IMG/VR virus record: IMGVR_UViG_3300045988_123575
Coordinates: 1 to 37,423 of that record
Strand: one strand, 5' to 3'
DNA: 37,423 nucleotides
Source of the DNA: a virus
The notes under the pieces are model-generated. The model ran no database searches. It was not told the origin of the DNA and saw only the letters and a list, made by a program, of their open reading frames with translations. A program made the position numbers and the translations under genes. Every line of letters starts with the position of its first letter. Position 1 is the first letter of the stretch. Shown piece by piece: positions 26,265 to 34,167 of this stretch.

Positions 26265-26522
26265 ATGAGGTATGCACTTAGAAATATAGAGAAAATCCGG
26301 TCCTATTTCGAACCGTACGGAGATGAAATAATAGACCGGATATTAAAAAGCCTAGAGGATTATTTTGCCACGACCACCGGCATAGAAAAAGACATTGTTC
26401 AGGATGTTCGCCCGGTATTGTCGATTAACGACCTAGGGCATTCCTTCGGCCTGATTGAATTTTATATAATAAAGAAAACCTACGACGTCTATATATTGGC
26501 GTTTAAAAGATTCGTAAACTGA
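26265..26522 (+). CDS. Hypothetical protein (85 aa)
   Basis: The ATG at 26265 is 1 nt after the upstream TAA. The track start at 26205 is a TTG inside the upstream gene. Confidence 0.55.
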   Translation: MRYALRNIEKIRSYFEPYGDEIIDRILKSLEDYFATTTGIEKDIVQDVRPVLSINDLGHSFGLIEFYIIKKTYDVYILAFKRFVN

Positions 26523-26926
26523 TGACAGCACACGAAAAACTAATAGCAGACCTAGATAAATGGTTTAGTATATATATCCGCCTCCGAGATGCGAATGAGG
26601 CCGGATTTATAACCTGCATATCTTGCGGCCGGAAAGTATATTGGAAAGACGCGGACGCCGGGCATTACATTCCCCGGAAACACATGGCCACACGATTTAA
26701 CGAGGTAAACGTAAACTCACAGTGCATCGACTGTAACCGATATATGCGCGGAAATATTGACGCCTATCGTGAGGGAATAATTGCCTTACATGGCAGTGAG
26801 ATGTATGAAAAACTGGAAGCGATGAAATTTCAGACTTTTAAGCTATCAGACGCCGAATTAAAGGAGATGCGAACACAGGTAAAAGAAGAGATAAAAAGAT
26901 TGAAAGAAGAAAAGAAATTGAAATGA
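26522..26926 (+). CDS. ninG: NinG/Rap-family recombination endonuclease
   Basis: 'CISCG...DAGHYIPR...RFNEVNVNSQCIDCN...GN..AY' follows the pattern of the lambda NinG C-terminal domain. Confidence 0.8.
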   Translation: MTAHEKLIADLDKWFSIYIRLRDANEAGFITCISCGRKVYWKDADAGHYIPRKHMATRFNEVNVNSQCIDCNRYMRGNIDAYREGIIALHGSEMYEKLEAMKFQTFKLSDAELKEMRTQVKEEIKRLKEEKKLK

Positions 26927-27285
26927 ATCAGGATTATAAATTTGTAGTAAAGGATAGTATTCTAATAAGAGGGATATTAGACAGTTTGCATTATCGTCCG
27001 ATCGATGTATATAAAAGATTAACCGGGGAATTATATATATTCCCGGCTGATAGAGTAATTACAACGAATCGTACAATTTCCGAAAAATGGTCCGGTGAAC
27101 TAGTCGATCTAGGGAATAATATTGACCTATTCAATGAAATATTGGTTCAAAATAAAGGGTATATTTTTAAAGAAAATATATATAAAATAGCCAACATATA
27201 TTGTAAAAAAAGCTGTGGTACATGTCCCTTGGCTCACAAACATTCGTGTAAGGATAGGATAGAGTTTATCGAAAAGTTTTTTTGA
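26923..27285 (+). CDS. Hypothetical protein (120 aa), Cys-rich C-terminus
   Basis: Intact ORF. Its TGA stop lies inside the T-run of cassette C. Confidence 0.55.
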   Translation: MNQDYKFVVKDSILIRGILDSLHYRPIDVYKRLTGELYIFPADRVITTNRTISEKWSGELVDLGNNIDLFNEILVQNKGYIFKENIYKIANIYCKKSCGTCPLAHKHSCKDRIEFIEKFF

Positions 27286-27374
27286 AAAAAAATTGGTAAA
27301 ACGTTTGGTTAATTAAAAAATAGTGCTTACATTTGTAGTGTTAAAACAATAAAAACATTGAAGCCATGAAAAAA
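27277..27374 (+). promoter_or_regulatory. Promoter/leader cassette copy C (-33 at 27304-27307, -7 at 27328-27335); the cassette ATG at 27366 opens only a 10-codon uORF
   Basis: Same cassette with a few substitutions. The uORF at 27366-27398 (MKKVEINVIF) precedes the erf ATG at 27411. Confidence 0.75.
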
Positions 27375-27410
27375 GTAGAAATTAATGTAATATTTTAAAT
27401 CCAAAAAAAT

Positions 27411-28073
27411 ATGAAAGCAACAGAAACAACAAAAAAAACAGAAAGTTACGGTGAAGGGAATATTTATGTTCGAGTAGCCAAGATCGCCAACGAAATCGGG
27501 GCAATTGAAAAAAATATGGTAGTAGGTTCCGGTGTGTCTGCCTACGAAGCTTTGGCGGATGTGGATGTGATTCTAAAAGTGAAAGAGGCCGAACAAAAAT
27601 ACGGAGTGGTATCGGTTCCGGTAAAAATGGAAATCGTAGAAAGCAAGGAAATAAAGACCTTAAATTCGAATAATTCCGAGGATGTCTATTTCGTAGACGT
27701 CGTAAAAATGATATGGGAATTTGTAAATCTAGATCGTCCGTCCGACAAAATAGTCGTAGAATCGGCCGGAAGGGGGATCGACTACGGAGATAAAGGATTG
27801 AATAAGGCTATTACTTACGCCCGAAAAAATGCTTTGCGTAATGCCTATAAAATCGGGGCATCAGCAAAGGAGGACCCCGAGGCAACGAAATCCGAAAAGA
27901 AAACAGTTAAAAAGACTGAGGATATGCGTATAGCAATTACAAATTACTTTGCTGATAAACCGGAGGAGCTGCCCAAGGTTTTGAAATCTTTCGCTGCGGA
28001 AAATTTAGCGGAGATCACCGATAAAGACATAAAGACGATATACAATACCTACCACAAAAAAGGATTGTTATGA
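27411..28073 (+). CDS. erf: ERF-family single-strand annealing protein
   Basis: 'GDKGLNKAITYARKNALRNAYKIG' resembles the conserved ERF core. It is followed by an exonuclease gene with an ATGA overlap. Confidence 0.6.
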   Translation: MKATETTKKTESYGEGNIYVRVAKIANEIGAIEKNMVVGSGVSAYEALADVDVILKVKEAEQKYGVVSVPVKMEIVESKEIKTLNSNNSEDVYFVDVVKMIWEFVNLDRPSDKIVVESAGRGIDYGDKGLNKAITYARKNALRNAYKIGASAKEDPEATKSEKKTVKKTEDMRIAITNYFADKPEELPKVLKSFAAENLAEITDKDIKTIYNTYHKKGLL

Positions 28074-28681
28074 TAGAGAGTATGTATATTGGCTCCGGGG
28101 ACGTCGCCGCGCTTCTGATGGGGAAGAATACCAAAACGCATCAGGCCTTGCTTAAACGTTTTGTTTCCGGTGTTATTCCCTACTATAACGCTTTGGCTTC
28201 TCCCATCGATCAGTTAAGGACCGGGGCGATCTTAGAGGAACGAATGTTACTTCAATTGCCGGACGATTATTTCGCACAGTACAAAATAGTCTGCCAAGAA
28301 ATGGACGTATTCAAGGCCTCGTTAGATTTCGCTAAAATATCGGAGGGGCAGATAGTCGAATTTATAGAGATGAAAACTATTTGGTGGGAAGAATTTGGAG
28401 AGTTAAAGAAAAAAATAGATGAAGGCAATCCCCTAGAGTACATCTTAAAAAAACGGAAACACGAATATAATCAGGTTCAGGAACAGTTATTATGCACGGG
28501 ATTAAGCAAGGGGAAAATACGTTATACCTCGGTCTCTACCTACGACGATTCCGAAAATTGGCTGCGGTTCTTTGCTCCCTCTGATTATGTCGATGTCGAA
28601 ATCGATCGGGACGAAAAGGTCATCGATCTAATAAAAGAGCGAGGTAAGGTGTTTCAACTGATTAAAGATGCCTATGAATAA
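28070..28681 (+). CDS. YqaJ/lambda-Exo-like PD-(D/E)XK recombination exonuclease
   Basis: It has 'IGSGDVAALLMG' at the N-terminus, a D...E-x-K pattern ('SLDFAKI...VEFIEMKT') and 'YNQVQEQLLCTG'. All three are typical of YqaJ-type exonucleases. Confidence 0.6.
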   Translation: MIESMYIGSGDVAALLMGKNTKTHQALLKRFVSGVIPYYNALASPIDQLRTGAILEERMLLQLPDDYFAQYKIVCQEMDVFKASLDFAKISEGQIVEFIEMKTIWWEEFGELKKKIDEGNPLEYILKKRKHEYNQVQEQLLCTGLSKGKIRYTSVSTYDDSENWLRFFAPSDYVDVEIDRDEKVIDLIKERGKVFQLIKDAYE

Positions 28682-29255
28682 AGTGAAAATTGTAATCGGG
28701 TTAATAGCCATCCTTTCTATAGGATGGCTAACCTTTGAAAATAAGCATCTGCGAAAAGAGGTGCAAATAAAGCGAAATAACGAAGCTTCGTTACTGGATG
28801 GTGTATCTTACTACAAAACGAAAGATAGTTTAAATGTAGCCCGGATAGGGGTGCTAGAACTAAAAAAGAAAGAGATCGAAGAACATATCCCTGAATTGAA
28901 GAAAGAAATAGAGCGCTTAAATATAAAACTGAAACGTGTAGAAAGCATTGGATTTTATCCTACTCAGATTATCGGGAGGGTAGATAGTAGGCTAAAAGAC
29001 ACAATTATTTTTGCAAATCCAGTAAAAAGTTTTACCTTTGACGATGGATATTTAAAGCAATCCGGTATAATCACTCGGGACAGTTTAAAAAGTAGTTATA
29101 CATACACCGACACGATTATTCCTGTTATTGAGAAAATACCGCATAGATTTCTGTTTATTCGCTACGGAGTGAAAGCCTATCGGCTTGAAATCTTTTCTAA
29201 GAACCACAAGGCGCATATCATTTGCCCTAAACAAATCTCCGTCCGGCGAAAGTAA
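28668..29255 (+). CDS. N-terminally membrane-anchored coiled-coil protein (195 aa)
   Basis: The TM segment 'VKIVIGLIAILSIGWL' is followed by a coiled coil. Function unknown; a spanin-like role is speculative. Confidence 0.55.
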   Translation: MPMNKVKIVIGLIAILSIGWLTFENKHLRKEVQIKRNNEASLLDGVSYYKTKDSLNVARIGVLELKKKEIEEHIPELKKEIERLNIKLKRVESIGFYPTQIIGRVDSRLKDTIIFANPVKSFTFDDGYLKQSGIITRDSLKSSYTYTDTIIPVIEKIPHRFLFIRYGVKAYRLEIFSKNHKAHIICPKQISVRRK

Positions 29256-29287
29256 CATGATTCTGTTTTTTATATGTTTCAACACCC

Positions 29288-29313
29288 GTCCCTCCGAAGA
29301 GGGACATTTTTTT
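29288..29313 (+). terminator. Intrinsic terminator
   Basis: gtccctc / cgaa / gagggac hairpin followed by a T7 run that is shared with cassette D. Confidence 0.75.
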
Positions 29314-29402
29314 GAAAAAAAACCTCAAAACGTTTGGTTAATTAAAAAATAGTACTTACATTTGTAGTGTTGAAACAATAAAAACATTGAAGTCATGAAA
29401 AC
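29307..29402 (+). promoter_or_regulatory. Promoter/leader cassette copy D (-33 at 29333-29336, -7 at 29357-29364, ATG at 29395)
   Basis: Differs from copy A at two positions. Confidence 0.8.
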
Positions 29403-29901
29403 AATTTATTATCAGTTATTCGATGAAAATTTTGATTTGTTGGTGAATGGAAATGAAAATCCGGCAAATATAGCAGACAACACCAATTTGGCCACTGCTA
29501 AAAAGCAGGCTAAAGAATGGATGAAAAAAAATAGAGTGGCCAACGCCATTCTCCAAATTAACGCCTCTTATGATGATGGACGCGATGAAATAGTGGATAG
29601 TAGAAATTTGGAGGTAGATAAATCGGAATTTGTAGAAGTTAAAAGGACAGCCGAAGAGTTGTTAAGTTTAACCGGTGAAGAATACAATAAGTTGTCCGCG
29701 ATAGATCGTTTAAGGTGGCACATGGCATATTTAAAAAACATCTTGAGGAATGAGAAGGACCCGGAATATATTCATTATATACGGGTACAAATTATACTAA
29801 ATTGCAATCTTATCCGGCAGGGCCATGTTGATAATTACTTATTTTGGAGCATGGTTCGCGAGCAGTTAGGGTTAAAATATTTTACTCCATCCCATGTTTA
29901 A
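29395..29901 (+). CDS. Hypothetical early protein (168 aa)
   Basis: The ATG lies inside the cassette. Intact ORF. Confidence 0.65.
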   Translation: MKTIYYQLFDENFDLLVNGNENPANIADNTNLATAKKQAKEWMKKNRVANAILQINASYDDGRDEIVDSRNLEVDKSEFVEVKRTAEELLSLTGEEYNKLSAIDRLRWHMAYLKNILRNEKDPEYIHYIRVQIILNCNLIRQGHVDNYLFWSMVREQLGLKYFTPSHV

Positions 29902-30175
29902 GGTTAGTAAAAAAATGTTGACTTCTGCCCAAAAACAAGAAGTCAGCACCTTATTAGAGGATATGACCGGGCTTCCCTACTATAAAAAGGGAGAGGTGTT
30001 AGGCAAGCTAGGGTATCGCCTAAATTATGTCCCTAATCCTATTACCCCGGGAGCCATCCCCATCACGGGGAAGGCCGGACAGATTTGGTTAAGGAAAGGT
30101 AAATTATTCTTAGAAATAGGGGAAGGCCGACTTTGGTATGAAGAAATCGCCATTGTACCATTAAAGAGGCAATAA
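29894..30175 (+). CDS. Hypothetical protein (93 aa)
   Basis: Intact ORF with an 8-nt overlap upstream. Confidence 0.55.
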   Translation: MFKVSKKMLTSAQKQEVSTLLEDMTGLPYYKKGEVLGKLGYRLNYVPNPITPGAIPITGKAGQIWLRKGKLFLEIGEGRLWYEEIAIVPLKRQ

Positions 30176-30199
30176 AGTTTAAAACAAAAAAATAGAATC

Positions 30200-30835
30200 A
30201 TGAAAAATTTTGAGGAATTTAAAAATGAAATACGACGAAGGGCAATCTTACATGGAGCATGCGCTGAGCAATATATACGGTTTTGGAAGAAAACAGATTT
30301 TGCGGGATTGTGCGAAGTTATTCGCAACAACTTTATTTGGTGTTGTAATAACATATTTGACAAAGAATTGTTTGAAGTATATGGAGATATCTTGGGCCAA
30401 TACGCTATTAACTATAATAAGAATGTAAATTCGGGATGTTTGATGGTGGACGGTCGTAATAGTGTGAAAGTCGGTGGAAATGTGACGGTCTATGCTAAAG
30501 ATGAAGCCTATATTGTGTCGGACAGTTATTCGCACATCATCGCCCGGGATAACACCATTGTACACGCATACAGGTATGAAAACATAGAAGCTAGTGATAA
30601 TGCAGAGGTAGATGCTTACCGAGGGGCATATGTTATTGCATTTGACGATGCTAGGCTAGAATTGAGTGGCGGTTGTATGGCCAAGATGTACGATAATACT
30701 ACCGCTATAGTAAACGATCTAGTAGTAGTAGTAGGGTTGAATGATAATCACATCATCACTCAGAAAGAATTTAAAGGCGCAATTATTTATCAGGACAAAA
30801 ACCATAAATTTTATCTCCATGAAACGAATAGGTAA
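30200..30835 (+). CDS. Hypothetical protein (211 aa); conserved 'NFxWCC' N-domain plus a repetitive beta-strand region; paralogue of 35492-35896
   Basis: Both proteins share F.EFK...A...C..Y...F..LC.VI..NF.WCC, followed by alternating short strand-like repeats. Confidence 0.65.
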   Translation: MKNFEEFKNEIRRRAILHGACAEQYIRFWKKTDFAGLCEVIRNNFIWCCNNIFDKELFEVYGDILGQYAINYNKNVNSGCLMVDGRNSVKVGGNVTVYAKDEAYIVSDSYSHIIARDNTIVHAYRYENIEASDNAEVDAYRGAYVIAFDDARLELSGGCMAKMYDNTTAIVNDLVVVVGLNDNHIITQKEFKGAIIYQDKNHKFYLHETNR

Positions 30836-31019
30836 CGGTATTTGGCTAATGTATTATTACGGATGTACCATCGTAATAAACGAAGGATTCAAGGAAATCA
30901 CTGTAGGAACACCTAAATCACAGGTGATAAAGTATCAATTTGAAGATACGCCTACAATCGAAGATTTAGAACAGATACAAGGATTAATATTAGAAGCTTA
31001 TGGACCTCAAGCTGCATAA
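30819..31019 (+). CDS. Hypothetical protein (66 aa)
   Basis: The ATG at 30819 overlaps the end of the upstream gene. The track start at 30741 is internal to that gene. Confidence 0.45.
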   Translation: MKRIGNGIWLMYYYGCTIVINEGFKEITVGTPKSQVIKYQFEDTPTIEDLEQIQGLILEAYGPQAA

Positions 31020-31434
31020 CACCATATACGGGCTAATCCCCGTATATGATGAAGATTACGACGAAAAGTTAAAGTTGAAGTTAGGGGAAACCTACACCGC
31101 CAAGATAAAGTTAACCCGGAATTTGGCGTTTCACCGGAAATATTTTGCAATGCTCCGGTGTGCATGGGATTTGCAAAGTGAGGCAGTACAAAATCATTTC
31201 CGCAATAACTTTACTCAATTCCGCAAGACAGTTCAGATCGCCGCCGGGATATCGGAGCCTGTGTACGTAATTAGCCGTAAAGAATTTGTCGAGCAGGCTA
31301 AAAGTATAAGCTTCGAAAGCATGAGCGAAGAGGAATTTATTGATCTGTATAAGAGCGTAAAAAATGTTCTATTCGATGTGTTTCTGAAAAATGTGAGTGA
31401 AAGCGATTTTATGCATATGTTAACTAATTACTGA
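31000..31434 (+). CDS. DUF1367-like phage protein
   Basis: 'TRNLAFHRKYFAMLRCAW' resembles the 'RNxxFHRKFFALL' signature of DUF1367 proteins. Confidence 0.6.
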   Translation: MDLKLHNTIYGLIPVYDEDYDEKLKLKLGETYTAKIKLTRNLAFHRKYFAMLRCAWDLQSEAVQNHFRNNFTQFRKTVQIAAGISEPVYVISRKEFVEQAKSISFESMSEEEFIDLYKSVKNVLFDVFLKNVSESDFMHMLTNY

Positions 31435-31668
31435 TGGAAGATTTTGAAGAAATGAAAGCCCGCAAGAATAGTTACCGGGTCGATTTGGCAGTCCGCATGT
31501 TGGCTAATAAAGGTTACACTCCGGTAGTTGTGGGGAGATAAGGAGGTAAATTTTATTCTGAATGGGCATGTAATAAAATATTTCCCTTATAGAGGATGGT
31601 TTCAGGGCAAAGGATTAAAAGCAGGTAGAGGAATAAAGAATTTAATTAAACAATTGGATGAATTTTAA
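31434..31668 (+). CDS. Small conserved-looking protein split by a +1 frame change near 31528-31541
   Basis: Frame 0 reads MEDFEEMKARKNSYRVDLAVRMLANKGYTPVVVGR*. The +1 frame continues (D)KEVNFILNGHVIKYFPYRGWFQGKGLKAGRGIKNLIKQLDEF* and has no in-frame ATG. A TTG at 31528 is the only start candidate. Confidence 0.5.
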
Positions 31669-31669
31669 T

Positions 31670-31945
31670 ATGGGAAAGATAAAAAACGGTATATTACGGA
31701 AATGTGATAATTGTGGAAAAGAATATATTGCCGACCCAAGAAACCTAAAACGTGGTTAGGGACGTTGTTGTAGTAAGATTTGCGCTGCGAAGAAAAGAGA
31801 AAAATCTAAGCCCGGATATAATCCTATCCGTGTTGCTATCAATAATAGGCGAAGAGTGGAATGGAATATCCCTAAATATCCATTTAACTATGATGGCGCA
31901 GACGATGATCAATGGGGAGATTGTGAATTTGGAATACATGATTAA
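31670..31945 (+). CDS. Zinc-ribbon protein (91 codons) interrupted by an in-frame TAG at 31757-31759
   Basis: It reads MGKIKNGILRKCDNCGKEYIADPRNLKRG[TAG]GRCCSKICAAKKREKSK... The CxxC...CSxxC motif spans the stop. There is no start codon after the TAG. Confidence 0.55.
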
Positions 31946-31961
31946 TTAAGCAATTTTGAAT

Positions 31962-32240
31962 ATGGAAATAGAAGAGTTGAAAGAATGGTTGAATCGAAAT
32001 GGATTTGAAGAGGTAGATAAAAGTGGAGAATGGGAAAAAAATGTATGGGGAAAAGATAATTATCGAATCCTGATCCATCCGGAATCGAACGATTTTTCTC
32101 TGATTGAAAAGATAGAGGACGAATGGATGTGGGCCCGAAGAGCCTTACCGGGTTTTACCATCCTTAAACTGAAAAAGTTGTTTGTTGATGTTCATAGTGA
32201 ATTAGGAGCAAGAATTATTAGTAAATTCAGTTGGACATGA
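31962..32240 (+). CDS. Hypothetical protein (92 aa)
   Basis: The first ATG is at 31962. The track start at 31956 is a TTG. Confidence 0.55.
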   Translation: MEIEELKEWLNRNGFEEVDKSGEWEKNVWGKDNYRILIHPESNDFSLIEKIEDEWMWARRALPGFTILKLKKLFVDVHSELGARIISKFSWT

Positions 32241-32413
32241 GAAAACGCCTCCCTGATAAGCTACCTAAGAAAAAACCGTCTGATTGCCTACAGTGTGAGC
32301 ACTGTAAAGAACTAACATGGTTTAATCGCATTGTGTGTGATCGAGCCGTGGTGCCTATAGAAAATTGTTTAACCCGAAAAATAGAATGTGTAAAATGGAA
32401 GCAAAAGAAATAG
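32231..32413 (+). CDS. Hypothetical Cys-rich protein (60 aa)
   Basis: Intact ORF that ends in TAG. Confidence 0.45.
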   Translation: MDMRKRLPDKLPKKKPSDCLQCEHCKELTWFNRIVCDRAVVPIENCLTRKIECVKWKQKK

Positions 32414-32628
32414 TACATGAAATAATAACCGATCTCCGGGCTACCTGCATGCGTAAGGGGATATCTCCTAATCGCGTACTGGGTTATATGGGTGCGTACG
32501 ATTGCCGTATATATTATCCCAAAGCTATTACACCCGATATTACATTATTAGCAAAGCTTTCCGGCCAAGGGAAAAGGTACGAAAAAATACCCGGTAGCAA
32601 GTCGAATATACTGAAAATTTATTTCTAA
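32395..32628 (+). CDS. Hypothetical protein (about 77 aa)
   Basis: The start is an ATG at 32395, or alternatively 32386. It overlaps the upstream gene. Confidence 0.5.
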   Translation: MEAKEIVHEIITDLRATCMRKGISPNRVLGYMGAYDCRIYYPKAITPDITLLAKLSGQGKRYEKIPGSKSNILKIYF

Positions 32629-32641
32629 ATAAATCCATATC

Positions 32642-32714
32642 TTTTTGGAAGATTAAAGAGTAATTCGTATATTTGTAGAGTTGAAATAAGAATAGGATTA
32701 TAATTTAAACCATG
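32642..32714 (+). promoter_or_regulatory. Degenerate promoter cassette (-33 TTTG at 32644-32647, -7 TAtaTTTG at 32668-32675, ATG at 32712)
   Basis: 20-nt spacer. 'atttgtagagttgaaataa' resembles the 'atttgtagtgttgaaacaa' of the main cassette. Confidence 0.6.
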
Positions 32715-33233
32715 ATCAAAAGCATTTTAGAGATAGAATTTAAAAAGACTGGGGAGCGTTATTACTTCACCAGTTATCTAGGCATCTTTGCCAACTTTAC
32801 CCCGGAAGAGGTAGGCACCACCATGCGTCAAATTTACTTCTTGCCCAAAAACGAGTTAGGGGAGCGTGAGACGTCGACGATCTATATTCGGAACGTCCTC
32901 TTAGGTGGTAAAGCCGATATTATCCGTCGTAACCGCGATGCAGAACCTAAATATAGTTACGCGCAAATTATGCAGCTTCGTCCGAAAAGACGGTATGTAT
33001 CTCCGGCTGATGGCTTAACCTACGGCCTGAATGAATTGGCCAAGCTGAATCCCTGTGAGGGATCGCCTCTAATCGGGTATGAGGGAGACGTATTAGTATA
33101 TTTGGTAGATATCCCCACCTTATGTGAAAGGGGATTGAGGAAAGCCATTGCGCAGCGCATGATCAATTTAGGATGGAGATTCGAATACATCTCCGGCAAA
33201 ATCGAAGCATATTTCAGTTATGAACTAAAATAA
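32712..33233 (+). CDS. Hypothetical protein (173 aa)
   Basis: Intact ORF downstream of a promoter-like element. Confidence 0.65.
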   Translation: MIKSILEIEFKKTGERYYFTSYLGIFANFTPEEVGTTMRQIYFLPKNELGERETSTIYIRNVLLGGKADIIRRNRDAEPKYSYAQIMQLRPKRRYVSPADGLTYGLNELAKLNPCEGSPLIGYEGDVLVYLVDIPTLCERGLRKAIAQRMINLGWRFEYISGKIEAYFSYELK

Positions 33234-33247
33234 AAAAAGACAGAATC

Positions 33248-33433
33248 ATGAAAGAGAATGAATTTAACACTTTAGCTAGTAAGCTGTACATTTCGAAGTT
33301 AGAAGCTTATTAGAATGGGTTTAAGAAATCCCTGATCGTAGATAAGGAAAAGCTTGCCGACGAAGCGATCGAGGAAGCGAACATCTTCCTACGGGCTATC
33401 CGTAAATATGAGGACACCTGTAGTCAGGTGTAA
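33248..33433 (+). CDS. Small helical protein (61 codons) interrupted by an in-frame TAG at 33311-33313
   Basis: It reads MKENEFNTLASKLYISKLEAY[TAG]NGFKKSLIVDKEKLADEAIEEANIFLRAIRKYEDTCSQV*. There is no in-frame start after the TAG. Confidence 0.45.
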
Positions 33434-33444
33434 AGTGAAAGCAT

Positions 33445-33669
33445 ATGGACAATAATTGCAAGCTAAAGCTAGGAAAGCAGGTCAGGAATTTGAAGGAATC
33501 ACTTTATCGGATACAAGAAATAAAGAGTAACATTCAATATCAACTGCATCAGGAAAACGGCTTAAATTCATCAGAAAGTAGCGAAAATGATCGATTAAGG
33601 GCAGAAATAAGACAAATAGAGGAAGGTCTAGTCCATTTAACCAAAGCGATCTACTTAATAATAGTCTAA
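33445..33669 (+). CDS. Hypothetical protein (74 aa)
   Basis: Intact ORF. Confidence 0.5.
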   Translation: MDNNCKLKLGKQVRNLKESLYRIQEIKSNIQYQLHQENGLNSSESSENDRLRAEIRQIEEGLVHLTKAIYLIIV

Positions 33670-33681
33670 CCAAAAATCCTT

Positions 33682-34167
33682 ATGAAGTACACGCAAAAAA
33701 TACGAAATGAAATATACAAACTTATTCGTTCAGACACCTATACGGTGGATGAGATATGTCAGTTGGTCGGGATTTCCCGATCGACTTTTTTTGGATGGAA
33801 AAAGACAAAATTGGACTTTTTGGACTTGATTAAAAAGGCTGACGAAGAACGAAATGAAATCATTCTGATGGAGGCAAAGCGATCCCTGCTAAAGAGAATA
33901 CGGGGTTACGATGTATTGGAAACCAAAATCACCTACGACAAAAAGCTGAATGAAAAAGGAGAGCCAGTTGTAAAAGAACGGGTTGAAACCAAGAAGCATG
34001 TACCGGGAGATACAACAGCTATAATCTTTGCTCTTACTAATCGTGATCCGGAGAACTGGAAGCGCAACGTAAATAGCGAAGGTGAAGAGATCGAAGACAT
34101 GCAGAAGTTGGAAGTAACAATGCGAGTATTAACTAAAGACAAACAAGATGAAATTGAATCGAATTAA
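33682..34167 (+). CDS. terS: Terminase small subunit (HTH type)
   Basis: It has an N-terminal HTH ('YTVDEICQLVGISRSTFFGWKK') and 'AIIFALTNRDPENW', which is typical of gp3/P27-type small terminases. Confidence 0.65.
   Translation: MKYTQKIRNEIYKLIRSDTYTVDEICQLVGISRSTFFGWKKTKLDFLDLIKKADEERNEIILMEAKRSLLKRIRGYDVLETKITYDKKLNEKGEPVVKERVETKKHVPGDTTAIIFALTNRDPENWKRNVNSEGEEIEDMQKLEVTMRVLTKDKQDEIESN

Noticed and set aside
30210-30428. 72-aa + strand ORF in an alternative frame of 30200-30835.
   Set aside because: It is fully nested in a gene that has a paralogue. Nothing independent supports it.
31752-31949. 65-aa track ORF (MVRDVVVV...) and the antisense ORFs at 31745-31939 and 31884-32078.
   Set aside because: The zinc-ribbon frame (31670-31945, with an internal TAG) gives a much more protein-like reading and carries a recognisable CxxC...CSxxC motif. 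The track ORF is a different frame of the same DNA.
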